This document shows positions 31,959 through 40,318 of a DNA stretch of 64,000 nucleotides, in pieces. The notes under the pieces are model-generated. The model made no database searches, was not told where the DNA came from, and saw only the letters and a list, made by a program, of their open reading frames with translations. The DNA is taken from sequence record MT586120.1. One strand, given 5' to 3'. The translations under genes were made by a program, and so were the position numbers. Every line of letters starts with the position of its first letter. The stretch's first letter is position 1.

Positions 31959-32468
31959 ATGCTAAAACATTTGTTCGTGGGAGCACTTATCTCTTTTTCT
32001 TGCTCCCCTGTGCTTGCTAACGGTCAATCTACCGTGTCTTCCAGTAGTAATGCACAAAATAACCAGAATAACAATGGAACTGTGAATCTTGCCCCTATGG
32101 GTGGTTCAAACTCCAACTATCAGATCAATTCTGTATCAAATAGCCAGTACCAATTCGGTCCTGGTATCTCTTGTCCCACACCTGAACTTGGTATTGGGGC
32201 TTTTGGGGGCAATAATAGCTCATTTGATTCTGATTATAGCAACGGTTCTAACAATATAGGTGCAACCTTAATGTTTACTACACCTTTGGGCGGTGATATT
32301 GGTCGTTATTGTAAAGAATTGGTACAGGAGATCACCAAACAACGGCAATTGGACACAAAGGTGACTATGATTCGCCAATGTGCGCAGTTTGCTCGGGAAG
32401 GTGTTATACTAGACACCGAACAGTTCCCCGAGTTCGCTATCTGCTCTGCTGTAACAGTCACTCGGTAA
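31959..32468 (+). CDS. secreted hypothetical protein
   Basis: Signal peptide; four Cys (SCPTP, RYCKE, RQCAQ, AICS). Confidence 0.75.
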   Translation: MLKHLFVGALISFSCSPVLANGQSTVSSSSNAQNNQNNNGTVNLAPMGGSNSNYQINSVSNSQYQFGPGISCPTPELGIGAFGGNNSSFDSDYSNGSNNIGATLMFTTPLGGDIGRYCKELVQEITKQRQLDTKVTMIRQCAQFAREGVILDTEQFPEFAICSAVTVTR

Positions 32469-32511
32469 ACTGTCCACTAATCCACGACAGCCTAGCCTAG
32501 TGGGTTATACT
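32466..32511 (+). promoter_or_regulatory. repeated promoter cassette
   Basis: AACTGTCCAC, hairpin, TATACT, CATACCAAACAAGG leader. Confidence 0.8.
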
Positions 32512-32540
32512 ATTCACATACCAAACAAGGTCATTCACAA

Positions 32541-32735
32541 ATGTCTGAAAACATGAGCTACTCAGCAGTTCTTTATGAAATGCAAGAGATTAAAGATGAG
32601 TGGCGTCGTAATACCTATACATACCACGAAGGTCAAAAAGAACGTTATGCACTCCTTCTTGAGGTCCGCCGTATCCGCGTTGCTCAAATGTACGCAGATG
32701 GGCGAGTACACGATGGATCAATGCAGTCAGGCTGA
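32541..32735 (+). CDS. hypothetical protein
   Basis: ORF behind cassette. Confidence 0.75.
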   Translation: MSENMSYSAVLYEMQEIKDEWRRNTYTYHEGQKERYALLLEVRRIRVAQMYADGRVHDGSMQSG

Positions 32736-32769
32736 TTCACTGCCAACTGAAGTAAACAACACACTAATT

Positions 32770-32910
32770 ATGGAAAATCAACCCCTAGATCAGTACTGGA
32801 CCACTCCTTATGGCGATTTTGCCATCCGAAAGACTCGTTTTGGTGCTACACTTGTATGGATGGGACTAAACATCAGTATTGTTATTACTGATAGTCCAAA
32901 AGACGAATAG
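32770..32910 (+). CDS. small hypothetical protein
   Basis: MENQPLDQYWTTPYG..., followed by hairpin terminator near 32918-32938. Confidence 0.45.
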   Translation: MENQPLDQYWTTPYGDFAIRKTRFGATLVWMGLNISIVITDSPKDE

Positions 32911-33111
32911 TTTACATTAAGGGGCATTAAGCCCCTTTGTTACAATATCAAAACATTTAAGCCAAATTTAGCAAAAATTATGCTATACTTGGTGAGGCAA
33001 TACAGAGAGACTTCTTAAAAATCACTGATAGCCACTAAATATCATCAATGGTTGTATTTCAACCTGATGGTTTGTTACTTATATCTACACACAGAAAAAA
33101 AAAAACATATT

Positions 33112-33498
33112 ATGACATCATTCAACAAGAGCCTTTTGCGTCAAATTGCCCAGAAAAAAAATAAAGCACAAAACGGATTTACATTGATTGAACTAATGGT
33201 CGTTGTTGCGATTGTTGGCGTTCTATCTGCCGTAGGTCTACCTCAGCTATTGAAAGCACAAGACCGAGCAAAGATTTCAGTGGCACAACAGGAAGCAGTC
33301 AACTACGCTAAAGAGTGTTCTATCTCCCTCCTTACAGGTGGTGCTGGTCCTGACGCTGGTGACTTTGAAACAGTTCCTGCCGCACAGACATGCGTCGCTG
33401 GTACAAGTGTAACCGGTGTATCTGATACTGACCCAGCAGTAACCTGGACAGTAACAATGGAAGGCGGCATCCCTGGCGTTCCTTCTTCCGATGAGTAA
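33112..33498 (+). CDS. pilA: type IV major pilin with prepilin leader
   Basis: Basic leader ...KKNKAQNG|FTLIELMVVVAIVGVLSAVGLP with Glu5; two Cys in globular part. Confidence 0.9.
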   Translation: MTSFNKSLLRQIAQKKNKAQNGFTLIELMVVVAIVGVLSAVGLPQLLKAQDRAKISVAQQEAVNYAKECSISLLTGGAGPDAGDFETVPAAQTCVAGTSVTGVSDTDPAVTWTVTMEGGIPGVPSSDE

Positions 33499-33504
33499 TC
33501 TATT

Positions 33505-34068
33505 ATGAACCTAATGTCCACCATGGTGGGACTTAGCGTTATGGGAGTTATGGCTCCCTCCATAATGCAAATGTCCATCGCACCATACGAAGCAAATCTA
33601 AGGGCAAAAAACCTTGGAACTGCCGAAGCTGCTGCTACAGTTTTTGCTGCTACATATGAAGGTGGACTCGACACTCCACCAACAGTTGAAGGTCCCTGTA
33701 CATCAGAGGCTAGAGAAAATACAGATAACGCATATAGCGTCACCTGTACCTATGGATCTGGTAAGTATGTTCAGTCTGTTATGCGTGCCTTTCGTACTGC
33801 TGTCCCCGATAAAGGACTAGATGGTACAGGCGCTAGAGGAGGGAGAGAGTTTCAATTTGAGACACCCACACGCTACTCAGGTCACCAATGTCCTATCCAC
33901 GACCCCTGGGGTGTTTATGGTTACAATGACCAAATGTATACAGCTCTAGGTGGTGCTTGTATGCCACATGATGCTTGGACTCCGACCAAATATCAGTTCT
34001 CTGACCCTACTGCCTGGCTCTACGACATCAACAACATCAAAGGTTACGGAGATCATCCAGACTATTAG
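33505..34068 (+). CDS. pilin-like/pilus-associated protein
   Basis: N-terminal hydrophobic helix MNLMSTMVGLSVMGVMAP without leader; directly after pilA; four Cys. Confidence 0.55.
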   Translation: MNLMSTMVGLSVMGVMAPSIMQMSIAPYEANLRAKNLGTAEAAATVFAATYEGGLDTPPTVEGPCTSEARENTDNAYSVTCTYGSGKYVQSVMRAFRTAVPDKGLDGTGARGGREFQFETPTRYSGHQCPIHDPWGVYGYNDQMYTALGGACMPHDAWTPTKYQFSDPTAWLYDINNIKGYGDHPDY

Positions 34069-34072
34069 TATA

Positions 34073-34261
34073 ATGATTAAAAAACTGATTGAATCTTATA
34101 AAGATTATCTAAATTATTTGAGAGACTTGTCTCACCGATCATCACCAATATATCGTGAATTAGCTATTGAGCGATTAAAAGCTCATAGAGAATATATGGA
34201 TAATCGCAGAAGATACAACCCATATCTTCATCCAGACGAATGGGATGCTGAAAATATCTAA
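34073..34261 (+). CDS. hypothetical protein
   Basis: ORF, ATG at 34073. Confidence 0.6.
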   Translation: MIKKLIESYKDYLNYLRDLSHRSSPIYRELAIERLKAHREYMDNRRRYNPYLHPDEWDAENI

Positions 34262-34269
34262 AATAAATA

Positions 34270-34294
34270 GAGGGGAGTGATGCTCCCCTTTTTT
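34270..34294 (+). terminator. intrinsic terminator
   Basis: AGGGGAG-tgatg-CTCCCCT plus T-run. Confidence 0.65.
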
Positions 34295-34597
34295 ATGGAT
34301 TTTATAGTAACAGTTAGAACATACACTGGTGCTGTTAAGTCAGTAGAAGTCAAGAACATGCCCGATGAGGATGCTGCCCGTGCTGAAGCGGTTAGCTTAA
34401 CCTTCGGGCGTGTTCTTTCTATTGAGAGGACAGATACTGAGGAAGTTGTAGTAGCTACTACACCAAAGAAGAAAAAGCGGAAACTACCTGAAATTGAAAG
34501 AGAACTGATGCCTGGTGAGACTGAAACTATCGTCACAGGATACGATAACAACCCACTAGCAGTTTTCACATATCTAAATGATGATGGGTTGGTGTGA
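34295..34597 (+). CDS. hypothetical protein
   Basis: ORF MDFIVTVRT... Confidence 0.65.
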   Translation: MDFIVTVRTYTGAVKSVEVKNMPDEDAARAEAVSLTFGRVLSIERTDTEEVVVATTPKKKKRKLPEIERELMPGETETIVTGYDNNPLAVFTYLNDDGLV

Positions 34598-34651
34598 CGG
34601 CTGATATAGTGTCCACCTAACCCCCACAGGGGTGGTTTTTTATTATATGAT
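34593..34651 (+). promoter_or_regulatory. repeated promoter cassette
   Basis: GTGACGG..AGTGTCCAC, CCCC/GGGG hairpin plus T-run, TATGAT. Confidence 0.75.
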
Positions 34652-34672
34652 GACTTCATACGAAACGAACTG

Positions 34673-34879
34673 ATGACTTCTCTCTTTTCAGTCAAATGCT
34701 TCAGTCCATCTCAAGTTTTTTATACTTGTCAAACTGAACTTTGGGTAGAAGCAGTTGCTATGGCACATCTTCTGGCAGAAACATATGGACATCGTGCTAA
34801 TGTGTATAAACCCAATGAGGTTCATCACGCATATTCTGCCACAGGGAACCCCGATATCACTGATCGTATCTTTACCTGA
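34673..34879 (+). CDS. hypothetical protein
   Basis: ORF between cassettes. Confidence 0.65.
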   Translation: MTSLFSVKCFSPSQVFYTCQTELWVEAVAMAHLLAETYGHRANVYKPNEVHHAYSATGNPDITDRIFT

Positions 34880-34885
34880 TAAGAT

Positions 34886-34941
34886 AACCACTTCCTAAAC
34901 TGACCACTGAACCCCCACAGGGCACCCAAATGCCCTATACT
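34886..34941 (+). promoter_or_regulatory. repeated promoter cassette
   Basis: AACCACTT..AACTGACCAC, GGGCA/TGCCC hairpin, TATACT. Confidence 0.8.
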
Positions 34942-34964
34942 AATTACATCAACACAGCACTACT

Positions 34965-35396
34965 ATGGCTCGCCACTCCGAAGTTCTTATCCAAGGCGTC
35001 AACGTTCCAGGCGGAAACTTCAAAGTAACAGTTCCCGTAGACTCCTCCTATGCTTCCGATGCTGCTCGTAACATCTATCCATACGATGGAGCACAATACA
35101 TCTGGATGAAGTCTTGGGAGGTTGGTCAGTCCTCTCGTGGCGGTGGTGGCTCCTCCTCTGGGGCAGGAATGGGTCCAGGCACCATCGTAATGGGGCTTAT
35201 TGGTCTTATCCTGGTTGCTGGTATTGGTTCTGCCTTTGAGGATGATACATCACCTGTTGAGACCCCCCAGGCTGCCCCTGTAGAGCGTGTTCAGGCAGCT
35301 CCTGCTCCCGTTGCACCTGCTGCTGAACCACAGTTTAGGGACTATGCTAGCCCTCCTCCTTCCTACTGCATCACTGAAAACTTTGAGCCTTGCTGA
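34965..35396 (+). CDS. single-TM membrane protein
   Basis: TM segment IVMGLIGLILVAGIG; Pro/Ala-rich tail. Confidence 0.7.
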   Translation: MARHSEVLIQGVNVPGGNFKVTVPVDSSYASDAARNIYPYDGAQYIWMKSWEVGQSSRGGGGSSSGAGMGPGTIVMGLIGLILVAGIGSAFEDDTSPVETPQAAPVERVQAAPAPVAPAAEPQFRDYASPPPSYCITENFEPC

Positions 35397-35397
35397 T

Positions 35398-35571
35398 ATG
35401 ATTGACTTCCGTCCCCCGCATCACATCACCACACAAGAAGAGTGGGATTTTATATTCAAGACACAGATCGAAAACTGTGCTAAACTAAAGAATACCGAGG
35501 CACAATACTATACCTGTATTGATTCCACTGGTAAGACTACCCGTAAAGTTGTTATTGAGTTTGATGACTGA
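35398..35571 (+). CDS. hypothetical protein
   Basis: ORF MIDFRPPHH... Confidence 0.6.
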   Translation: MIDFRPPHHITTQEEWDFIFKTQIENCAKLKNTEAQYYTCIDSTGKTTRKVVIEFDD

Positions 35572-35713
35572 ATCCGACATCACAATCTTCTTCCTAAAAA
35601 CAATATCATTATTCTTTGTTCTTGGATGTGCTTATGCCGTATCTTTGATGGAAGAGGATGATGATGATGATGATGATGAGGGAATGTATCAACCCGCATA
35701 CAATAGAATCTAA
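35564..35713 (+). CDS. small membrane protein with acidic tail
   Basis: TM segment then EEDDDDDDDEG. Confidence 0.6.
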   Translation: MTESDITIFFLKTISLFFVLGCAYAVSLMEEDDDDDDDEGMYQPAYNRI

Positions 35714-35955
35714 TGACTGACGAAATCCTAGACTACACCGAAGAAGTAAGTGTCACACTATCACGTTCTGATTGGAACTGGTTTGTTACACTTATGAGTG
35801 ACTCCGTTGATAAAATGGAGCTAGCAGTTGCTGCTGCTGGTAAAGACTCTGCCGAGTTCCTAGCTATTGAGACCCTACGCACTATTCGTAATGAAATTGC
35901 CCGACAATCTGGACTTGACCAATTTATTGAAGGAGATGCCCGTCAAAGCTCCTAA
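35713..35955 (+). CDS. hypothetical protein
   Basis: Coupled ORF. Confidence 0.7.
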   Translation: MTDEILDYTEEVSVTLSRSDWNWFVTLMSDSVDKMELAVAAAGKDSAEFLAIETLRTIRNEIARQSGLDQFIEGDARQSS

Positions 35956-36208
35956 AGGGTATCACTATGAGATTACAGAACATAAGCGGAATGTAGCGGC
36001 TATTTGGTTATGTGGTGGTCCCACATACCTCTATAATGGCGGAGAAACTGCTAGAACTATTCACTCATTCTATGACTATAAGAAGAAGGTATGGTTCTCT
36101 CCAATTAATAGTAAGAAGGTAGGTCAAGAAGTTCACCCTAGCAATATTCGTCCATATTCTTCTATGCCGTTGAACCTAAATCCACTGATGGCAGCTCTTA
36201 TGTCTTGA
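35936..36208 (+). CDS. conserved cyanophage-type hypothetical protein
   Basis: APKGYHYE..RNV.AIWL...IHSFYD.KKK.WFSPINSKKVG. Confidence 0.75.
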   Translation: MPVKAPKGYHYEITEHKRNVAAIWLCGGPTYLYNGGETARTIHSFYDYKKKVWFSPINSKKVGQEVHPSNIRPYSSMPLNLNPLMAALMS

Positions 36209-36725
36209 TACAGTACATAAGAGCTACGTTACGTGGTCGATATGATATCCAGTTGTCAACGTTAGGGGCAGCATTGTCCTGCGCACCCCTTGATACATTG
36301 TCTTGAGTAGAATTTGCCACACCACCATTAGACTGTAGTCTAGTCCCAGTTAGCTGATTACCATCAGCCTCTGCATATTGTTGACCAATATTGAAAGTGG
36401 GAGATGTTACATTACTATCACTGCCGAAAGCATCATTCATTGCCTGCCTTGTGGATGTAGCTGCTTGACTACTACCCAAAGCACGACCAGTATCAACACC
36501 AGCACCGTTATCCCAACCCCTAACAAACTCACCACGAAGATCTGGAGTGTTGGAACCAATTAGGGTCTCTAGGTCATCAAAGCCAGAAGTTGACTGACCA
36601 TTACATTCCAAGTACCCAGTGGGAGGAACAGCACCATAGTACATAATAACAGTACCTGTTGGATTGGTTCCTTGGGATACTCCACTTCCACTTTCTATTG
36701 TATCTACAACTAAAGTTCCTGCCAT
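36198..36725 (-). CDS. stand-alone tail-collar domain protein (mini fibre tip)
   Basis: PTGTVIMY..PPTGYLECNG..PDLRGEFVRGWD.G.GVD.GRALGS.Q...RPRNVALMYCIK. Confidence 0.9.
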   Translation of the reverse strand: MAGTLVVDTIESGSGVSQGTNPTGTVIMYYGAVPPTGYLECNGQSTSGFDDLETLIGSNTPDLRGEFVRGWDNGAGVDTGRALGSSQAATSTRQAMNDAFGSDSNVTSPTFNIGQQYAEADGNQLTGTRLQSNGGVANSTQDNVSRGAQDNAAPNVDNWISYRPRNVALMYCIKT

Positions 36726-36745
36726 GATAAATAAGAGACTTTTTA

Positions 36746-36759
36746 CTATTTATAAATAG
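36746..36759. promoter_or_regulatory. palindromic bidirectional T4 late promoter
   Basis: CTATTTATAAATAG reads TATAAATA on both strands, between divergent ORFs. Confidence 0.7.
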
Positions 36760-36782
36760 AATTGTAAACATACGAACAACAA

Positions 36783-36944
36783 ATGACTTACGCACCTAAG
36801 CGTTGTCATGAATGTGCTCAAATTATTGTACCAAAGCGACCCTTAGAAATTATTGAGATCATTAAACAGTCAGATGCTCTCCTGGAGGCAGAGATTCAAA
36901 GAGTCGAACAAGAACTTGTAGACAAGTACGGTCACAAGTGGTAA
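36783..36944 (+). CDS. small protein with CxxC (not in track)
   Basis: MTYAPKRCHECAQ..., followed by terminator near 36952-36981. Confidence 0.55.
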   Translation: MTYAPKRCHECAQIIVPKRPLEIIEIIKQSDALLEAEIQRVEQELVDKYGHKW

Positions 36945-36996
36945 GCTAAATAACCTCGTAGGGCAACCTACGGGGTTTTTTTGTTGGATTGAAGAT

Positions 36997-37236
36997 ATGT
37001 CCTTTAAGAAGAGTAAGGAACAGCTTAATTCTGAGTTCAAACTAGTTATTGAACGGGCACGGGTATGTGGTAAGGGAGCTGCTAGGGCAGACAACCTACA
37101 CAAACTATCCACTCAACTAGGATATATTGATGCCGCTCTCACGGGTGGTAAGCTGACCAATAAGCAGGCAGCACAGCAAGTTAAAGATTTGTATAAAGCT
37201 TGGAAAGAAACCAATAGAGCCATCGACCTGGAGTGA
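36997..37236 (+). CDS. hypothetical protein
   Basis: ORF. Confidence 0.65.
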   Translation: MSFKKSKEQLNSEFKLVIERARVCGKGAARADNLHKLSTQLGYIDAALTGGKLTNKQAAQQVKDLYKAWKETNRAIDLE

Positions 37237-37257
37237 TTCTGTGCTATAATCTATGGT

Positions 37258-37644
37258 ATGGAAAGCTTTATGTCCCTAGCCATTGAGGTCGCCAAGACCT
37301 CACCATCACGCAAGCCTGTTGGGGCAGTGCTCTTACGGAAAAACAAGGTGATTGCTACGGCAACCAACCACGACTGTAAGACGCACCCCATTCAAGCCAA
37401 GTGGGCAGAGCGTGTGGGATTATCTGAAAAGATCTACCTACACGCCGAAATATCTGCTATGATAAAGGCTAGGGAAGAGGCAGACAAGATCGTTGTTGTC
37501 CGCCTAGGCGGTCATTCAGGCAACGAACTACGCCAAGCTCGCCCCTGTAAGATCTGTGAAGCATACTTGCGTCACACATCTAGTATCAAACACGTCTACT
37601 ATTCAGAGTGGACAAACAAGTTCTCCTATGAGTATTGGGGTTAA
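37258..37644 (+). CDS. zinc-dependent cytidine/deoxycytidylate-type deaminase
   Basis: VGAVL, LHAE, RPCKIC motifs. Confidence 0.88.
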   Translation: MESFMSLAIEVAKTSPSRKPVGAVLLRKNKVIATATNHDCKTHPIQAKWAERVGLSEKIYLHAEISAMIKAREEADKIVVVRLGGHSGNELRQARPCKICEAYLRHTSSIKHVYYSEWTNKFSYEYWG

Positions 37645-37662
37645 TCCCACTAATTTATTATT

Positions 37663-37869
37663 ATGAGTATCCAAACAGGCGACACAGTTATCTTCCGTGG
37701 TGGTGTAATCCCCGAGCAAGTTAAGTATTCTGGTTCGGACTATCCATCAGACCTTACTATCGGCAAGACATATGTTGTTGCTAGTGTAGAGCAGACTAGC
37801 TCATACGCCAACTTAACATTGGAAAATACTGAAGGTAGGTTCAACTCAAATCAATTCCAAGTAGCATGA
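37663..37869 (+). CDS. hypothetical protein
   Basis: ORF; SH3-like pattern GDTVIF..LTIGKTYVV. Confidence 0.7.
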   Translation: MSIQTGDTVIFRGGVIPEQVKYSGSDYPSDLTIGKTYVVASVEQTSSYANLTLENTEGRFNSNQFQVA

Positions 37870-38072
37870 GTTCCATTAAAACATTTACACAAACTAGCGA
37901 TGATCTATATGATCGTCACAACTATAAAGTTGTATTCAAAGGTGGTCGCAAAGAGATCTACTGTGAATCTTGGGAAGGTGTCCAATCTATTTGGTTTCAA
38001 TGGGCACAGATGCAAGCTATAGATTACATTGAAGTCTGTGATATTAAGAAGTACAAGCCGAAAGGATTTTAA
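37866..38072 (+). CDS. hypothetical protein
   Basis: YDRHNYKVVF, KPKGF C-terminus. Confidence 0.7.
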   Translation: MSSIKTFTQTSDDLYDRHNYKVVFKGGRKEIYCESWEGVQSIWFQWAQMQAIDYIEVCDIKKYKPKGF

Positions 38073-38074
38073 TT

Positions 38075-38263
38075 ATGATTCCACTTGCGTTAGCTTGTGT
38101 TCTTGGTGGTTGTTTAGATGTACCTATTGGTACTACTAGTGATACTCTACCAGAAACTATTGTAAAGGAGTTCCGTAGACAAAACCCCAAACAAACAACA
38201 AACCCATCCTGTTATGTGATGGGTACATTTTATGTAGAATGTCCAGAGGTTAATTATGACTAG
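38075..38263 (+). CDS. small secreted/lipoprotein-like protein
   Basis: Hydrophobic N-terminus, CY..G.FYVECP. Confidence 0.65.
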   Translation: MIPLALACVLGGCLDVPIGTTSDTLPETIVKEFRRQNPKQTTNPSCYVMGTFYVECPEVNYD

Positions 38264-38420
38264 AAGTATTATTCATCCAGAACTACAAATCCCCGAGTGG
38301 GGAACAGAAGAGTATCGTATTTGGTGGGAATCACAATATGATCAACACGAGAGCCACGAACTACAGCGGACACCGCCAATGGAAGTTTTAGAATGGGCTG
38401 ATGGTTTCGTAGGTAAATAA
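38256..38420 (+). CDS. small hypothetical protein (not in track)
   Basis: MTRSIIHPELQIPEWG..., overlaps previous stop. Confidence 0.5.
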   Translation: MTRSIIHPELQIPEWGTEEYRIWWESQYDQHESHELQRTPPMEVLEWADGFVGK

Positions 38421-38422
38421 TA

Positions 38423-38477
38423 GACAGTTCTAATAGTGTCCACTGCCCCTTGCTAGGGGCTTTTTTGTTGTTATACT
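38423..38477 (+). promoter_or_regulatory. repeated promoter cassette
   Basis: GACAGTT..AGTGTCCAC, GCCCC/GGGGC plus T-run, TATACT. Confidence 0.8.
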
Positions 38478-38507
38478 ATGTTCAACCAACCAAACCAACC
38501 CAACCAA

Positions 38508-38855
38508 ATGGCTTCCTTCGCTGACTACGTTGACTCCAAGCCTGCTGCTGATAAAGCTGAGGCTGATGTGCTACGCTACACCGAGGTGCTTATTGAAGCA
38601 CTGACCCAGGATGCCCCCGACGACTACACCTATGCCATTGACGGTGGTCGTAAGTTCCATAAGGTGTGGATGTATCGCTATGGCAAGCGTGACTCCATCC
38701 ACGCCTTTGTGGACAAGAAGACTGGTTCCGTATTCAAACCTGCTTCAACAAAAGCGCCCGCAAAAGGTGAGCGCTTCAACCTCCTAGACCCCATCAGCCG
38801 TGAGAAGTGCCTAGCCAAGGCTGGATGGTCGGGAGGATATTTATATGTTCGCTAA
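38508..38855 (+). CDS. conserved phage hypothetical protein
   Basis: GRKFHKVW...SIHAFVDKKTG.VFKPAS.KAPAKG.RFNL. Confidence 0.8.
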   Translation: MASFADYVDSKPAADKAEADVLRYTEVLIEALTQDAPDDYTYAIDGGRKFHKVWMYRYGKRDSIHAFVDKKTGSVFKPASTKAPAKGERFNLLDPISREKCLAKAGWSGGYLYVR

Positions 38856-38861
38856 AATACT

Positions 38862-39023
38862 ATGTATATTCTCCCTCTCATTTTCATTGCCTGCCTGACT
38901 ACTGGTGAGTGCTTCAGCTCTAATAGAGCACCCGAAGTACGTGAACCAGTACCATACGGCACAGACCTAGAAGCTCCCCGTAGAGGGATGCGTGACCCCC
39001 GAGTGAGGACAACTAATGATTGA
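38862..39023 (+). CDS. small lipoprotein-like protein (not in track)
   Basis: MYILPLIFIACLTTGEC... Confidence 0.45.
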   Translation: MYILPLIFIACLTTGECFSSNRAPEVREPVPYGTDLEAPRRGMRDPRVRTTND

Positions 39024-39210
39024 TTATTACAGCGAAGACCACATAGACTCGTTTGACTTTGAAAAAGCCGAACAACTTGAACAAGACATTTTAGAGATGA
39101 TTTCTAACCCCAACAAAGAGTATTATCACCACAGCTCTCCCGCTTGGAATATTGCTGCACTTCTTGTATACTTGGAGGATATGGTGGACAAACTAGAGGA
39201 ACTAAACTGA
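39016..39210 (+). CDS. hypothetical acidic protein
   Basis: ORF. Confidence 0.65.
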   Translation: MIDYYSEDHIDSFDFEKAEQLEQDILEMISNPNKEYYHHSSPAWNIAALLVYLEDMVDKLEELN

Positions 39211-39443
39211 TGAATCAAGCAAAGCAACTAGCAGAGAACCTTGCCTTTGATGCCTATATGAGGTATCACCGCAACAGAATGACTCTCCCCTGCCCTGATG
39301 TGGACCAGCTCCGCACCTATGATGTGGTTGACCGTGGTGAGAGCTATGTTATACTGTATAAGAACGGTATGGATGCTGGTAAGTCCTGTATCTATGCTAC
39401 AATAAATAAGGAGACCTGTAAGGTATGCTCGAACTATCTCTGA
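39210..39443 (+). CDS. hypothetical protein
   Basis: Coupled ORF. Confidence 0.65.
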   Translation: MNQAKQLAENLAFDAYMRYHRNRMTLPCPDVDQLRTYDVVDRGESYVILYKNGMDAGKSCIYATINKETCKVCSNYL

Positions 39444-39594
39444 TTCTAGGGCTCGCTCTGACGCCCCTAGAAGCCTCTGAGAGCATCAATGAGTTCTGTT
39501 CATATGTCGTTGGTATCCCCTACGCTAGCGACATCTTCACAGACGAAGAGTGGGGGAGATTTGTATATTGTAGAGAGTCCATAAGAGTACCACA

Positions 39595-40239
39595 ATGAAT
39601 AAGATATTTGCATTATTGGCTGCTGTCGTAGCAGCTACACCCGCACAAGCTGGGTTCATTATCCCTGATGATATTGTTCCACTAAGTGGAGAAAGAGCCA
39701 GTAGAATGTTCTGGCGTGGATGTATTGATGAGAAGGGTGAGATTACTAAGATAACTGTTAAGTGTGATAGAATCTTTAAGCCTAAACCAACCCAAGCAAG
39801 GGTAGAATGGAAGAACGCAAAGAAGTGTGAGGAATATACTCCTGGTTGTGTATCTGTTGATGCTAGTATTCAAGTTGGGGGCTTTCAGCTTTCAGTTCTA
39901 TCAGCTAGAACTAGAAGACGCCGTGGTCCTGGTGGTGGTTGGGAGTCATATTCTCAACTAGATATGGCTCTATCTAAGAAAGGTTTTGAGCAATATTCTA
40001 TCAACTGTACTGATCCTGATAGTGATATTAGAGTGCTAGATTTTGATGGTAAACCTAAGCATATGTATAGAACAACACAGTTTAGACTTGATCTATGTAA
40101 TAGTGTATTCCCTGAGCTTGAGCGTGATACAGCATATCAGTTGAAAGAGTTAGCTTGTAGGCTTACGAAGGACCCAAAAAAGAATAGAGAGTGTTGGATA
40201 GACTTTAAGGAGTGGAGAGCAAACAGGAGGTATAGATAG
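39595..40239 (+). CDS. secreted hypothetical protein
   Basis: Signal peptide MNKIFALLAAVVAATPAQA; multiple Cys. Confidence 0.75.
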   Translation: MNKIFALLAAVVAATPAQAGFIIPDDIVPLSGERASRMFWRGCIDEKGEITKITVKCDRIFKPKPTQARVEWKNAKKCEEYTPGCVSVDASIQVGGFQLSVLSARTRRRRGPGGGWESYSQLDMALSKKGFEQYSINCTDPDSDIRVLDFDGKPKHMYRTTQFRLDLCNSVFPELERDTAYQLKELACRLTKDPKKNRECWIDFKEWRANRRYR

Positions 40240-40295
40240 ACCACTTTGAGTAGTGTCCACTGCCCCAACACAGGGGCATTTTTATGCTCTATAAT
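40239..40295 (+). promoter_or_regulatory. repeated promoter cassette
   Basis: GACCACTT-tgagt-AGTGTCCAC, TGCCCC/GGGGCA plus T-run, TATAAT. Confidence 0.8.
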
Positions 40296-40318
40296 AATTT
40301 CATTGAAACGGACACACC

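Noticed and set aside
33303-34695. Minus-strand ORFs 33303-33743 and 34258-34695
   Set aside because: Antisense to better supported plus-strand genes, including pilA.
35648-35680. GAT trinucleotide run as a functional microsatellite
   Set aside because: Simply encodes the poly-Asp tail of a small membrane protein.
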